A stretch of DNA of 64,000 nt from an uncultured Candidatus Saccharibacteria bacterium (GTDB lineage: Bacteria > Patescibacteriota > Minisyncoccia > Phycocordibacterales > CAIRYW01). Under the pieces are notes generated by a model. It saw only the letters and a program-made list of their open reading frames with translations, made no database searches and was not told where the DNA came from. The DNA is taken from contig CAZAOU010000002.1 in the NCBI GenBank assembly GCA_964487135.1, forward strand, positions 934 through 64,933. The letters are read 5' to 3'. A program made the translations under genes and the position numbers. Each line of letters begins with the position of its first letter. Position 1 is the first letter of the stretch. Shown piece after piece: positions 18,921 to 29,372 of this stretch.

Positions 18921-19193
18921 ATGGCACATAAAAAAGCCGGAGGCTCAAGTAAAAACTTAACAGATTCAGGACCACAGTATTTAGGCGTGAAGCTTTTTGA
19001 GGGTGAAACTGCAAAAACAGGGAGCATTATTGTAAGACAAAGAGGAACAAAGGTTCTTGCTGGAAGAAATGTTGGCATAGCAAAAGATCACTCACTCTTT
19101 GCTTTAGCTCCTGGAAAAGTTTCTTTTGGAGACAAAAGAAAGAAAAATTTTGACGGAACAACAACAAAGAGAAAGATTGCTCACGTAGACTAA
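18921..19193 (+). CDS. rpmA: 50S ribosomal protein L27
   Basis: [21 protein letters not shown]. Confidence 0.97.
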   Translation: MAHKKAGGSSKNLTDSGPQYLGVKLFEGETAKTGSIIVRQRGTKVLAGRNVGIAKDHSLFALAPGKVSFGDKRKKNFDGTTTKRKIAHVD

Positions 19194-19203
19194 ACATTAA
19201 GAC

Positions 19204-19237
19204 AAAAGCCCCGTTCGCCTAGGCGAACGGGGCTTTT
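19204..19237. terminator. Bidirectional terminator, perfect 34-bp palindrome
   Basis: AAAAGCCCCGTTCGCCT|AGGCGAACGGGGCTTTT between convergent rpmA and rplI. Confidence 0.85.
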
Positions 19238-19249
19238 TTGTTTATGTAT

Positions 19250-19693
19250 TTATTTTGCCTCTATAACCAACTTCACTGTTGCTTTCTTTCCTCCTGCAAC
19301 CACATGAATTTCATGCTCTCCCACTTCTTTTATTGGCTTTGGAAGCTCAATAAAATCAGGAAGTATTTCAACATGCTGAGATTTTTTAATAAACTGAGCT
19401 ACATCAGTCTGATGAACTCCAGCAAACAAATGTCCTTTGTTATTAGCAGGAAGAGAAATTTCAACTGCCTTTCCATCTATTTCATGAAGAGTCTTTGACA
19501 AGAGATCCTCCTGAACTTTTTTCTCAGCTTCTGCCGCTGCCTTTAGAGTATCTAATTCTTTAAGCGCAGAAGGAGTAGCGGCCTTAGCGTCTCCCTTTGG
19601 AATTAAAAAATTCAGAGCGTGTCCGTCAGCAATATCTTTAACCTCAAACTTCTTTCCAACCTTTGCAATATCTTTAAGTAATATAACCTTCAT
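19250..19693 (-). CDS. rplI: 50S ribosomal protein L9
   Basis: MKVILLKDIAKVGK, GHALNFLIPKG, PIKEVGEH. Confidence 0.95.
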   Translation of the reverse strand: MKVILLKDIAKVGKKFEVKDIADGHALNFLIPKGDAKAATPSALKELDTLKAAAEAEKKVQEDLLSKTLHEIDGKAVEISLPANNKGHLFAGVHQTDVAQFIKKSQHVEILPDFIELPKPIKEVGEHEIHVVAGGKKATVKLVIEAK

Positions 19694-19759
19694 ATGTTTT
19701 TTTGAATTCAAATAATAAGATGAATAGAGTATAGCCAAAACCAGATGTTTGTCTACCAA

Positions 19760-21025
19760 CTAGAAGCCCTTTATAAGATCTATCGCTTTTTGCTTTTGAG
19801 GATCACGACCTGCTTTGTAATCTTCTTCTTTCATTTCAACAACAAAATCCGGTTTTAATCCCCCTTCAGCCAAAGACTTACCTTTAGGAGTTAACCACTT
19901 CGCAACGGTAATTTTAAGAGATGTATTGTTAGTTATCGGCACAACTTCTTGAACAGAACCCTTTCCAAAAGACTGCTCACCAACTAGAGTGGCAATTCCA
20001 TATTCACTAAGTGCTCCTGCAAATATTTCTGAAGCAGAAGCACTGCCTTTATTTATTAGGACCACAATTCTAAAATTTGGGTTAAACAAATCATATCCCT
20101 TACTCCTGTAAATTATAGCGTCTCGCTTAGTTCCAAAGTCTTCTGTCACAATTATTTTTCCTTGAGACACAAACCAACTAGTCATATCAACCGCTGCATC
20201 AAGATATCCTCCAGGATTATCTCTTAAGTCAATAATCATCTTTGTATATCCACCGGTTATAAATTCTCTCAGAGCAACTCTAAACTCGTTAGCAACATTT
20301 GAGCTAAATGTATTGATCTTGATTATAAGAGTAGTGCTATCAACTCGCTCTGTTTCTACAGCTGGAACAACAATTAAATCTCTTATGAGTGCTTTTTCTA
20401 ATTTACTTCCATCTCTTTCAAAAGTAATTTTCACTTGTGTCCCCTTTTTTCCTCTTATGAGCTTTACCGCTTCTTCAACAGAAATTCCAGCAGTGTCCTT
20501 TCCGTCAATTAATACTATTTTATCCCCCGCTAACACCCCGGCTTTTGAAGCAGGAGAATTTTTTACAGGAGATATAACAACCAATTGTTTTTCCTTAATT
20601 CCAACAACCATTCCAACCCCTTCCAAGCTTCCTGCTAATTCTGTTTCAAAATTAGTGTTTTCTTCTGGAGTAAAGAAAGTTGTATAGGGATCACCCAAAG
20701 AAGCAACCATACCTTTAATTGCTCCGTGTAAGCGAGCCTCGTCTGTTGTTGTGCTTGTTGTTGTACCAACAAAATTATCGTTAATTTCTGACCAAACTTT
20801 CCAAAACGGAGAAAAATCAACTTTTCCATTAGTTCCCTGAATAACTGTATTGCCCGAAGTAGAAGGATTGGTGTCCTTTACCGCTACAAAAGAAGCAATT
20901 TTTGCATAACTAAAAACGCCAGCAAAAAAAGAAAACGAAAGTATAAAGACCGTAAGAGACGCAATTCCAACTTTTTTAGACCAACTTTTAAAATCAAAAT
21001 TATTGTGATTTAAATTCATTATCAT
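19760..21025 (-). CDS. S41 C-terminal processing peptidase (CtpA-like) with PDZ domain
   Basis: LGDPYT, DLRDNPGGYL, SASASEI, SFGKGSVQ. Confidence 0.95.
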   Translation of the reverse strand: MIMNLNHNNFDFKSWSKKVGIASLTVFILSFSFFAGVFSYAKIASFVAVKDTNPSTSGNTVIQGTNGKVDFSPFWKVWSEINDNFVGTTTSTTTDEARLHGAIKGMVASLGDPYTTFFTPEENTNFETELAGSLEGVGMVVGIKEKQLVVISPVKNSPASKAGVLAGDKIVLIDGKDTAGISVEEAVKLIRGKKGTQVKITFERDGSKLEKALIRDLIVVPAVETERVDSTTLIIKINTFSSNVANEFRVALREFITGGYTKMIIDLRDNPGGYLDAAVDMTSWFVSQGKIIVTEDFGTKRDAIIYRSKGYDLFNPNFRIVVLINKGSASASEIFAGALSEYGIATLVGEQSFGKGSVQEVVPITNNTSLKITVAKWLTPKGKSLAEGGLKPDFVVEMKEEDYKAGRDPQKQKAIDLIKGF

Positions 21026-21109
21026 TGCAAGATTATCTCAAAATTATAACAAAATGTACACAAGTGCTTCTGTTTTGGTCATAAACATTGTGTTTGATAT
21101 AATCTTTCT

Positions 21110-22027
21110 ATGCTTAGAACACACCAACACAAAGACGTTACATGGCTCGATTTAGAAAATCCTCAGCCGGAAGAAATTAATCAAATAATGCACTCTTACA
21201 GTATTCCAAACGAGGCCGCTGAAGACCTTCTATCTCCGACCCCAAAACAAAGAGTGGTTAAATATGATAACTGTGTTTATATTGTCATGCATTTTCCCGC
21301 TCTCAGTCATCCAATAGCAAAAAACCACCAAAGACAAGAAATTGACTTTATTATTGGTAAAAAATTTCTTATCACTGTTCATTACGACAAAATAAAATCT
21401 ATAGATAATTTTGGAGAGTCTTTTATTACCGAAATTCAATCTGGATTAGAAGATACCGAACACAACGCCGGACACATATTCCATAAACTAATGAGAAAAC
21501 TCTATCACAACATTCTTCAAGATGTTGAAATGACCAGAGACAGTCTTCATAGAGTTGAAAATGCAATATTCAAAGGTGAAGAAAAAAGAATGGTTATTGA
21601 AATATCTAAAATTCACAGAGACATATTAAGATTTAAATCGGCAACAGGCCCCCACAAAGAAGCCATAACCACCCTTTACCAAGTTTTTAGAGAGTTTCTC
21701 GGCAATGAATACGAATATTTTATTCATGATATGTCTAGTGAGTATCAGAGAGTTGAAAGACGCATGCAGGCAAACAAAGATCTTTTAGACGAGCTACGAC
21801 TTACAAATGATTCTCTCTTAGAATCAAAACAAAATGAGGCAATTAAAAGTCTTACAATGATGGCATTCATGACATTTCCTCTTACACTGATTGCAACGCT
21901 TTTCACAATGAGAACAGACTACATGCCCATAATCGGTATGCAAAATGATTTTTGGATAATTATTGGAATTATGTTTGCAGTCGTAATTTCCTGTATTTCT
22001 TTTTTCAGTTATAAAAAATGGCTGTAA
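21110..22027 (+). CDS. CorA-family divalent cation transporter
   Basis: WLDLENP, two C-terminal TMs, MP motif, KKWL end; GMN signature replaced by TMR. Confidence 0.85.
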   Translation: MLRTHQHKDVTWLDLENPQPEEINQIMHSYSIPNEAAEDLLSPTPKQRVVKYDNCVYIVMHFPALSHPIAKNHQRQEIDFIIGKKFLITVHYDKIKSIDNFGESFITEIQSGLEDTEHNAGHIFHKLMRKLYHNILQDVEMTRDSLHRVENAIFKGEEKRMVIEISKIHRDILRFKSATGPHKEAITTLYQVFREFLGNEYEYFIHDMSSEYQRVERRMQANKDLLDELRLTNDSLLESKQNEAIKSLTMMAFMTFPLTLIATLFTMRTDYMPIIGMQNDFWIIIGIMFAVVISCISFFSYKKWL

Positions 22028-22109
22028 AAAAGCAACACGCAGTAAGCAATAAGAATCAAGAAAATAATAGTTTAAAACCCTTAATGCTTGACACATAATA
22101 CTTAATGCC

Positions 22110-23483
22110 ATGAACATCTTTCTCCAAAACACACTTACAAAAAATAAAGAACTGTTTAAACCTCTAAAAGAAAGCGAGATTTCGATGTATTCTTGTGGCC
22201 CAACGGTTTATAACTATCTTCATATAGGAAATTTACGCGCATATGTTTTTGCAGATATTTTGAAGCGCGTCTTGCAATACAACGGATACAAAGTAAATCA
22301 TGTGATGAATATTACAGACATCGGCCACTTAACCAGTGACGCTGACGATGGTGAAGACAAAATGGTAAAAGGATTGAAGCGCGAGGGCTTAGATATGTCA
22401 CTTGAATCTCTTAAGAAACTCGCTACAAAATACGCTGATGCTTTCAAAAAAGATTTTGAAGAAATAAATATTATTCCGGCAGATAAATTAGTTTTTGCGA
22501 GTGATGAAATTCCTGAGCAAATTAAACTAATTGAGGAATTAACCGATAAAGGATTTGTTTATAAAACATCTGACGGAATTTATTTTGACACAGAAAAACT
22601 TCCAACTTACGGAAGACTTGGAGGTTCTGCATCTACTGAACATTCTCGTATAGGGGTAAACAACGAAAAGAAAAATCCTAAAGATTTTGCAGTTTGGAAA
22701 TTCGCAGATAAAGACGGAATTGGTTTTGAAGCACCTTTTGGAAAAGGATTTCCCGGTTGGCACATAGAATGTTCTGCGATGAGTATGAAATATTTAGGCG
22801 AGCAATTTGATATTCACACCGGAGGAATTGATCACATACAAGTTCATCATAATAATGAAATTGCTCAGAGTGAGGCTCTCACCGGAAAAATTCTTGCAAA
22901 TTACTGGATGCACAATAATCACCTAACTATAGGTGAAGACAAAATGGCGAAAAGCGGAGAAAACTTTTTGACTCTTTCTGTATTAAAAGAAAAAGGAATT
23001 TCTCCCCTCGCCTACCGATATTGGCTCTTGCAATCGAGATATTCGACAAGAATGAATTTTTCTTGGGAAGCACTTGAAGGAGCACAAACTGGACTCGAAA
23101 GACTTAAAAACACATTATCCAAAATACCTGATGGAGGAATAATTGATATTGCTTATAAAGATAGATTTATTGAAGCTATTAATGATGACCTTGATACTCC
23201 AAGAGCTTTAGTAATTATAAGAACACTTTTAGAATTTCCAATTCGCGATGAAGACAAAAAAGCAACTATCCTAGATTTTGATAGAGTTCTTGGACTTGGA
23301 CTTGCTGATATTAAAAAAGAAGAGTTTGAAACACCTTCCGAAATTCAAAAACTTTTAGATGAACGAAAAACTGCAAAAGAAAATAAAGATTTTCAAAAAG
23401 CCGACGAAATCCGAGAAAAAATAAAATCTCTTGGTTTTGAGGTTCTAGACACCTCAGAAGGACAACAAATCAAAAAGCTGTGA
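22110..23483 (+). CDS. cysS: Cysteine--tRNA ligase
   Basis: CGPTVY, HIGN, PGWHIECSAM, KMAKS. Confidence 0.97.
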   Translation: MNIFLQNTLTKNKELFKPLKESEISMYSCGPTVYNYLHIGNLRAYVFADILKRVLQYNGYKVNHVMNITDIGHLTSDADDGEDKMVKGLKREGLDMSLESLKKLATKYADAFKKDFEEINIIPADKLVFASDEIPEQIKLIEELTDKGFVYKTSDGIYFDTEKLPTYGRLGGSASTEHSRIGVNNEKKNPKDFAVWKFADKDGIGFEAPFGKGFPGWHIECSAMSMKYLGEQFDIHTGGIDHIQVHHNNEIAQSEALTGKILANYWMHNNHLTIGEDKMAKSGENFLTLSVLKEKGISPLAYRYWLLQSRYSTRMNFSWEALEGAQTGLERLKNTLSKIPDGGIIDIAYKDRFIEAINDDLDTPRALVIIRTLLEFPIRDEDKKATILDFDRVLGLGLADIKKEEFETPSEIQKLLDERKTAKENKDFQKADEIREKIKSLGFEVLDTSEGQQIKKL

Positions 23484-23525
23484 ATTTGACAATTCCGTTT
23501 TTTAATTGTAATTTAAGCGCGACTT

Positions 23526-23858
23526 ATGAAACAAGTGGCTCTTTTTTTGCTGGCAATACTGGCCGTATTCCTAATAACCGCGACTATTTTTCCCGACCAA
23601 ACAAAATTGATGTGGAGACTAGCCATAGCTATTTTATTTTTTTGGGCGATGATAGTGCCTTCTCCGCCGACAAAATCGGCAATGAGTATCGCGAAAATCA
23701 GGACAGTAACATGTGTGGCGGTTGTCTTTCTTGTGTGGAAAATTTCTCCTCTATCACAAGAACTATTTCATAACGCTTTCCCGTTTTTTTTCATTGGGGG
23801 AGGTTGTGGAACAATATACAGTTTTTTATTATTCCTTCTAACCAAAGAAAGGAAATAA
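23526..23858 (+). CDS. Small 4-TM membrane protein
   Basis: Hydrophobic ORF; TTGACA at 23486. Confidence 0.6.
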   Translation: MKQVALFLLAILAVFLITATIFPDQTKLMWRLAIAILFFWAMIVPSPPTKSAMSIAKIRTVTCVAVVFLVWKISPLSQELFHNAFPFFFIGGGCGTIYSFLLFLLTKERK

Positions 23859-23900
23859 AAAAAACACCAGCACAGGATCGGAAATAGAGCCGATCATTTT

Positions 23901-24584
23901 TTATTTAATACTCAAAAAAGTTTCGGCAACTGCCAAATCTTCTGGAGCTGTAATTTGAAGCCAAAAACGAGATTGAACAGCTTTTATATTTATATTTTTT
24001 TTTGCAGACAAAATTGTTTGGGGTAAACCAAACTCCCCGCCCGGAATTGAAACTTGTGCATAATCAAAAATTTTTGAACTTAAACAATACATTCCAGCAC
24101 AAACAAAACCCTTTTCTTCGTTTGGATATTTTTCGACAATATCTGTAATATGTCCCGATTCATCAAAAATCACTTTTGCTCTTCCCTTTATTGAATCAAC
24201 CTCTCTTATTGCAATAGCCCAGCCGTTTTTAAGACACTCGTCCATATCCTCTTTGCAATAAATATCATCACCCATTAATACCAAAAACTTTTCTTCATTT
24301 TTTAACAATTCTTTACACAAAAAAAGTGCCCCAGCTGTGCCGTTTAATTCTTCTTGAACAACATAAGTTATTTTTTTGCCTTTGTATGAATCTCCCAAAT
24401 AATCAGTAATTGCATTTTTTAAATGTCCAACAACAATAACAACTTCCGTTATTGATTCTGGAAGCATATCTAGTTTGTGCTCTAAAAGAGTTTTGCCGAG
24501 CACCTTAAGCATTGGTTTTGGAGTTTCTAAACTCAAATTTCCCATTCTAGTTCCCTTTCCCGCCGCTAATATTACGCATTTCAT
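23901..24584 (-). CDS. Sugar-phosphate nucleotidyltransferase
   Basis: ILAAGKGTRM, PKPML, GTAGA, LMGDD. Confidence 0.9.
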   Translation of the reverse strand: MKCVILAAGKGTRMGNLSLETPKPMLKVLGKTLLEHKLDMLPESITEVVIVVGHLKNAITDYLGDSYKGKKITYVVQEELNGTAGALFLCKELLKNEEKFLVLMGDDIYCKEDMDECLKNGWAIAIREVDSIKGRAKVIFDESGHITDIVEKYPNEEKGFVCAGMYCLSSKIFDYAQVSIPGGEFGLPQTILSAKKNINIKAVQSRFWLQITAPEDLAVAETFLSIK

Positions 24585-24656
24585 AAACAAAGATTATAAG
24601 TCTAGCGGATTAAAATAGTTATTGACTAATAGTTTTTTTAATTGTATTTTAAAAAC

Positions 24657-24995
24657 ATGAAAGCAATCCTGTTTATTCTGCTCGCCATCGTCGTTCTTTT
24701 CACAGCCAACCAAGCCTTGGCGCAAAAACCCGACTTCTCCGAACTAGAGAAGAAAATCGAGAAATATGAGCCGCTTCCGGATGGAAGCGGCTACCAGATC
24801 ACCCTCAAACCTGAATACGAGGATGAGCTGAAGAAAAATCCCATACCCATCATCTCGATGCTCTTCGTTTGGGTCGTGGAAACAAAGCTCAAAGGGCTTC
24901 ATGGCGAATGCCTCGCCAACGCGAAAGGCCGAGTGGTGACCTTCAAAATCAATCTCAAAGAGACACCACCCCCTCGTCCCCCGCAAAGAGCATAG
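24657..24995 (+). CDS. Secreted hypothetical protein
   Basis: Signal peptide MKAILFILLAIVVLFTANQALA; TTGACT-N17-TATTTT upstream; GC-richer. Confidence 0.65.
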   Translation: MKAILFILLAIVVLFTANQALAQKPDFSELEKKIEKYEPLPDGSGYQITLKPEYEDELKKNPIPIISMLFVWVVETKLKGLHGECLANAKGRVVTFKINLKETPPPRPPQRA

Positions 24996-25033
24996 CTTCT
25001 GGCGGGGTACAATTTTATACTTATTTTTAGTGT

Positions 25034-25068
25034 CTTTCACTTTCCACTTCACACTATCCACTGTTCAC
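25034..25068 (+). repeat. Tandem heptamer array (TATCCAC-like, 5 units)
   Basis: CTTTCAC TTTCCAC TTCACAC TATCCAC TGTTCAC. Confidence 0.6.
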
Positions 25069-25148
25069 TATTTCTTATCCCCATTTTATCCAGCTTATTT
25101 CCCCTTTTGTAAATTCCCTTCTCTCTTTGCCTGCTATACAATTAGCAC

Positions 25149-26537
25149 ATGTCTTCAAAGCCCATAAAAAAAGAAAGTTTGATGGTTCCTCCTCAACACC
25201 TAGAAAGTGAAATGGCTCTTTTAGGATCAATAATGCTCAAACCAGATGCAATGTATGATATTGCAGATATTGTTTCTCCCGATTCTTTTTATGCAGAAAA
25301 ACACAAAATTATTTTTTCTGCAATGCAAGAACTTTTAGCAAAAAACGAACCTATTGATCTTCTTTCTCTTTCAACAAAATTAGAATCGAAAGGATCACTT
25401 GAAGCAATTGGTGGAAGAAGTTATCTAGCAGAACTTATTCAAAGTGTTCCATCTGCTTCAAACATCACATATTATGCAGATTTAATAAAACAGAAATCAC
25501 TTTTAAGAAGACTTATTGAAGCTGCACAAAAAATTACAGAATTGGGTTTTGCAGAAAATGGCGAAATAGAAGAAATTTTAGACAAAGCCGATAAACATGT
25601 TTTTGCTGTATCTCAATCAACAAGCTCTAGAAAATTTACAGAACTTAAAGATACACTTGGAGAAGCGTGGAACCGTCTTGAAACTCTTCATCAATCAGGT
25701 GGACAGCTTAGAGGAATTCCAACTGGTTTTAGAGATTTAGACAATATGCTTTCTGGTTTCCAAAAATCAGATCTTATTATTCTTGCAGCACGACCTTCCA
25801 TGGGAAAAACTGCTCTAGCTCTTGATATTGCTCGCCAAGCAGCGGTAAATCACAATGTGTCTGTTGGAATTTTTTCTTTGGAAATGAGCTCGGGACAGCT
25901 TGTAGACAGAATGCTTGCCGCAGATTCAAAAGTAAACTCTTGGAAGCTTCGAACCGGAAAACTATCGGTTGATAAAGATTTTGATTTAATTAGAAATTCT
26001 TTGGATAGACTTTCAAAAGCTCCTATTTATATAGATGACGAACCGGGAAGTAATTCACTAAAAATGCGCTCAATCGCAAGGCGTTTGAAACGAGAAAAAG
26101 GATTAGGAATGATTGTTGTAGATTACCTACAACTAATGAGTCCAGTGCAGAGCAAAAATTCAGACAACGTTGTTCAACAAGTTACAGAAATTTCCAGATC
26201 TTTAAAACACTTGGCAAGAGAGCTTGAAGTGCCTGTTTTAGCTCTTTCACAGCTCAATCGTTCTGTAGAAACGCGGGGAGGTACTGGCCGACCAAAACTT
26301 TCAGACCTTAGAGATTCAGGATCTATTGAACAAGATGCTGATGTGGTGATGTTTATTCATCGTGAAGATAAATATAAAGATGATTCCGACAGAAAAAATG
26401 TTGCACAAATTCATGTTGATAAACACCGAAATGGGCCTGTAGGAAGTGTTGAACTATTCTTTGATGAAGAAAGAACAACTTTCCTTAATCTTGAAAGATC
26501 AAACATTTCTGACTTTACTAATGATGATGTTTTTTGA
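25149..26537 (+). CDS. dnaB: Replicative DNA helicase
   Basis: AARPSMGKT, VDYLQLM, LSQLNR, DLRDSGSIEQDAD, KHRNGP. Confidence 0.98.
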   Translation: MSSKPIKKESLMVPPQHLESEMALLGSIMLKPDAMYDIADIVSPDSFYAEKHKIIFSAMQELLAKNEPIDLLSLSTKLESKGSLEAIGGRSYLAELIQSVPSASNITYYADLIKQKSLLRRLIEAAQKITELGFAENGEIEEILDKADKHVFAVSQSTSSRKFTELKDTLGEAWNRLETLHQSGGQLRGIPTGFRDLDNMLSGFQKSDLIILAARPSMGKTALALDIARQAAVNHNVSVGIFSLEMSSGQLVDRMLAADSKVNSWKLRTGKLSVDKDFDLIRNSLDRLSKAPIYIDDEPGSNSLKMRSIARRLKREKGLGMIVVDYLQLMSPVQSKNSDNVVQQVTEISRSLKHLARELEVPVLALSQLNRSVETRGGTGRPKLSDLRDSGSIEQDADVVMFIHREDKYKDDSDRKNVAQIHVDKHRNGPVGSVELFFDEERTTFLNLERSNISDFTNDDVF

Positions 26538-26543
26538 TAAAAA

Positions 26544-27140
26544 ATGGATAGTTTTGAAAAATTAGTAAAATTATTTGAAGAATTTCCCGGAATAGGTGGA
26601 AGACAAGCTAGACGCTTTGCATATTTTTTACTTTCTAAACAATCTAGTTTTATAGAAGAGCTAACATCTCTAGCAAAAGAAATTAAAAGAGATACTGCTC
26701 AATGCCCTCTTTGTATGAGATTTAGTTCTAAAAAAAACGATTCTACATGCAGTATCTGTATAGATGAAAATCGAGACAAAAACACTTTAATGATTATAAG
26801 CAAAGATACCGATCTTCGTTCAATTGAAGAAAGTGGTGTTTATAACGGACTTTATTTTGTTTTGGGTGGATTACTACCAATCTTAGAGAAAGATCCTAAT
26901 AAAAAAATAAGGATTGATGCATTAAGAAAACGGATAGAAAAAAACAACCTAAAAGAAATAATTCTAGCTTTTAATGCAACTTCAGAAGGAGAAAACACAA
27001 TATTGTTTTTAAAAGAAAATCTAAAACCTTTTGGTATAAAAATATCTGAATTGGGTAGAGGTATCTCAACAGGAACCGAAATAGAATACATAGACGCCGA
27101 AACACTAAAAGGCGCCCTCCAGAACAAGCACCCTGCGTAA
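26544..27140 (+). CDS. recR: Recombination mediator RecR
   Basis: PGIGGRQARR HhH, C4 zinc finger, TOPRIM YFVLGG. Confidence 0.93.
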   Translation: MDSFEKLVKLFEEFPGIGGRQARRFAYFLLSKQSSFIEELTSLAKEIKRDTAQCPLCMRFSSKKNDSTCSICIDENRDKNTLMIISKDTDLRSIEESGVYNGLYFVLGGLLPILEKDPNKKIRIDALRKRIEKNNLKEIILAFNATSEGENTILFLKENLKPFGIKISELGRGISTGTEIEYIDAETLKGALQNKHPA

Positions 27141-27147
27141 ATAAAAA

Positions 27148-27185
27148 GACGAGGTTTAGTCCGCTTAAGCGGACTAAACCTCGTC
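27148..27185. terminator. Perfect 38-bp palindrome between convergent recR and rplU
   Basis: GACGAGGTTTAGTCCGCTT|AAGCGGACTAAACCTCGTC. Confidence 0.75.
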
Positions 27186-27196
27186 AGGAAAAAATA

Positions 27197-27544
27197 TTAT
27201 TTTAAGGCAGTAACCTTAACCGCAAAGAAAGGCTGTCTGTGACCATTTCTTTTTAGGTATCGGCTCTTTGCTTTGTATTTTACAACCTCTACCTTCTTTG
27301 CTCTTCCAATTTCAACAATTTCTGCAATAACTTTTGCTCCGGAAATAAAAGGCGTTCCGATTGTCACATTAGATCCATCATCAACAAGAAGAACCTCAGA
27401 AAATTCAACTTTATCACCTTCTTTGTGATCTCCTTTGATTTTTTCAATTTTTACTGTCTCGCCAACAGACACGCGGTATTGCTTACCACCAGTCTGTATA
27501 ATGGCAAATTCGTCTTTATTAGATTTTGCTGTCTTTTTAGGCAT
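27197..27544 (-). CDS. rplU: 50S ribosomal protein L21
   Basis: FAIIQTGGKQYRV, GHRQPF. Confidence 0.97.
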   Translation of the reverse strand: MPKKTAKSNKDEFAIIQTGGKQYRVSVGETVKIEKIKGDHKEGDKVEFSEVLLVDDGSNVTIGTPFISGAKVIAEIVEIGRAKKVEVVKYKAKSRYLKRNGHRQPFFAVKVTALK

Positions 27545-27612
27545 GGGCACAATTCTACCCCCTTTTTAGGTAAAAATCAAGTCCAAATAACAGATAGGAA
27601 TAAAGCGGAAAT

Positions 27613-28275
27613 CTATACAATGGCCATTTCCCTCACTCGTATGGCAGCCGGCTTATTAAAATCCGCCTCAAGCTCTTCCGCTGCTTCTTCAACAATAGTA
27701 TTAAATTCGTCCTTTGAAATTCCAAAAATACTTTTAAAATGAAGCAAATCTTCATTAATCTTCTTTTCACCCATCTCACTTAAAGACAATCTTAATGCCA
27801 ATAGAGCATCTTCCTTCCATGAAGAAAAATCGTAATTAGGATAGACCAAATCAGCAAATTTCAATATCTCAACAAAATCATACGATTTCATTATCTTACC
27901 AAACTCTTTCTCAAATTCTTCTTTTAGAGACTCATCAGAGTTAGTGGAATTTAAAAAATCAGAAATATTTGATGAAATATTTTTAATATCAAATATTTCT
28001 CTAATTTTAGACGCTTCTCTAAACTTTTTAAATTTAAATTGTTGAAGTATCACCATTTCTGCAAGCTGTCTCGTTTCCGGATCACTAACAATTTTTTCTT
28101 TTAGATCTTTAGGGATTATTAACGATGGAATATATTCACCAGTATCGTTAGTTGCTTTATCTAAAGACGCGGGTTCTGATAGATAGTTTAAAAGTCGCTC
28201 TCTTATTGATTTTATACCACTCTCCACAATATCCTCGTGACTAACATTTACATCTTCAGGGACTTCGTATGGCAT
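27613..28275 (-). CDS. Hypothetical acidic helical protein
   Basis: 220-aa ORF, no recognisable motif. Confidence 0.65.
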   Translation of the reverse strand: MPYEVPEDVNVSHEDIVESGIKSIRERLLNYLSEPASLDKATNDTGEYIPSLIIPKDLKEKIVSDPETRQLAEMVILQQFKFKKFREASKIREIFDIKNISSNISDFLNSTNSDESLKEEFEKEFGKIMKSYDFVEILKFADLVYPNYDFSSWKEDALLALRLSLSEMGEKKINEDLLHFKSIFGISKDEFNTIVEEAAEELEADFNKPAAIRVREMAIV

Positions 28276-28283
28276 ATTTATAC

Positions 28284-29336
28284 TTAATCTTCCAAAGAAG
28301 GTTTTTCTAAAACATCAACTTCAATCCCTGGACTATTTCCCGCAATCCTCAAGATATCTTTATCAATCTTCTTTAGTTCTTTTCCTGAAGCGTTGTAATG
28401 GTTAACCACTACAGACATAGCATTGCCAAGTTTTAAATGATAATCTTCGTAACTTTTTAGATGTTTACCCAAATCATCTACGCGTTTAATAATATCTTTT
28501 GCAGTCTCTTCAATTTGAAGTTGTTTTAGACCCTGAAGAACTGTTTGCAGATAAGCCAAAAACGACGTTGGAGAAACAATAATCACCTTATACTTCCCTG
28601 CAGCACGCTGAATTAAGCTTTCTGAGTCTTCTTTTAGAGCTCCTATTTTATTTATAAGTAAATCATAATAAATTGCCTCATGTGGTATAAACATAAAAGC
28701 AAAATCCGTTGTTCCGTTTTCTGGCTGAATATATTTTGAAGTTTCTACAATCCTGTTTTTGAGATCATTTACAAAAATCTTCTCTAATTTTTCTTTTTCA
28801 ATCTCATTTCTTTCATCAACAATACGATTATAATTTTCCAGAGAAAATTTTGAATCAACTGGAATAATTTTATCTTTTACAAAAACAGCCGCATCAACAA
28901 TGGTGCCGTCCGAAAAAGGATACTGCATCTGGAAACTTCCGGGAGGTAAAACATTTTTAAGAAGTGTTTCTAAATAATATTCTCCCAAAATTCCCCTTTG
29001 TTTTGGATTTTTTAAAACATCTTGCAAACTTTGAAGTTGGTCAGCAAAAGAGACTACTTGCCTATTTGTTTCATCAAGTTTGGTAAGACCCTCCGTTACA
29101 TCTTTGATGAGGCGTGCAGATTCACCGAATTGAGTTTTGACTGCGTCATGAATAAACCTATGTGACTCCCCTATTTTGTTATCTACAGTTCGTGAAAGAT
29201 TGTTTAGTTGATCCAAAATAAGTCTAAGACCTGTTCCATCTTCTTCTTTTGGTTTCTTTTTTAAAACAAAAAATAAGACAGCTATGTTAGCTGCGAAAAG
29301 TATTATAATTATTGCTATAAATCCCGTATTAGACAT
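28284..29336 (-). CDS. rmuC: DNA recombination protein RmuC
   Basis: N-terminal TM, KQRGILGE, PVDSKF, FAFMFIP, VSPTS. Confidence 0.92.
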   Translation of the reverse strand: MSNTGFIAIIIILFAANIAVLFFVLKKKPKEEDGTGLRLILDQLNNLSRTVDNKIGESHRFIHDAVKTQFGESARLIKDVTEGLTKLDETNRQVVSFADQLQSLQDVLKNPKQRGILGEYYLETLLKNVLPPGSFQMQYPFSDGTIVDAAVFVKDKIIPVDSKFSLENYNRIVDERNEIEKEKLEKIFVNDLKNRIVETSKYIQPENGTTDFAFMFIPHEAIYYDLLINKIGALKEDSESLIQRAAGKYKVIIVSPTSFLAYLQTVLQGLKQLQIEETAKDIIKRVDDLGKHLKSYEDYHLKLGNAMSVVVNHYNASGKELKKIDKDILRIAGNSPGIEVDVLEKPSLED

Positions 29337-29372
29337 GCCACTTAATTATAACAAAATATTGAGGTATTATAT

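Noticed and set aside
25034-25148. Replication origin near dnaB
   Set aside because: Only degenerate DnaA-like boxes in a short interval; no dnaA/dnaN and no clear unwinding element.
18921-27544. Separation of rplU from rpmA and of rplI from dnaB as a programmed inversion
   Set aside because: No flanking inverted repeats or invertase; ordinary gene-order shuffling is sufficient.
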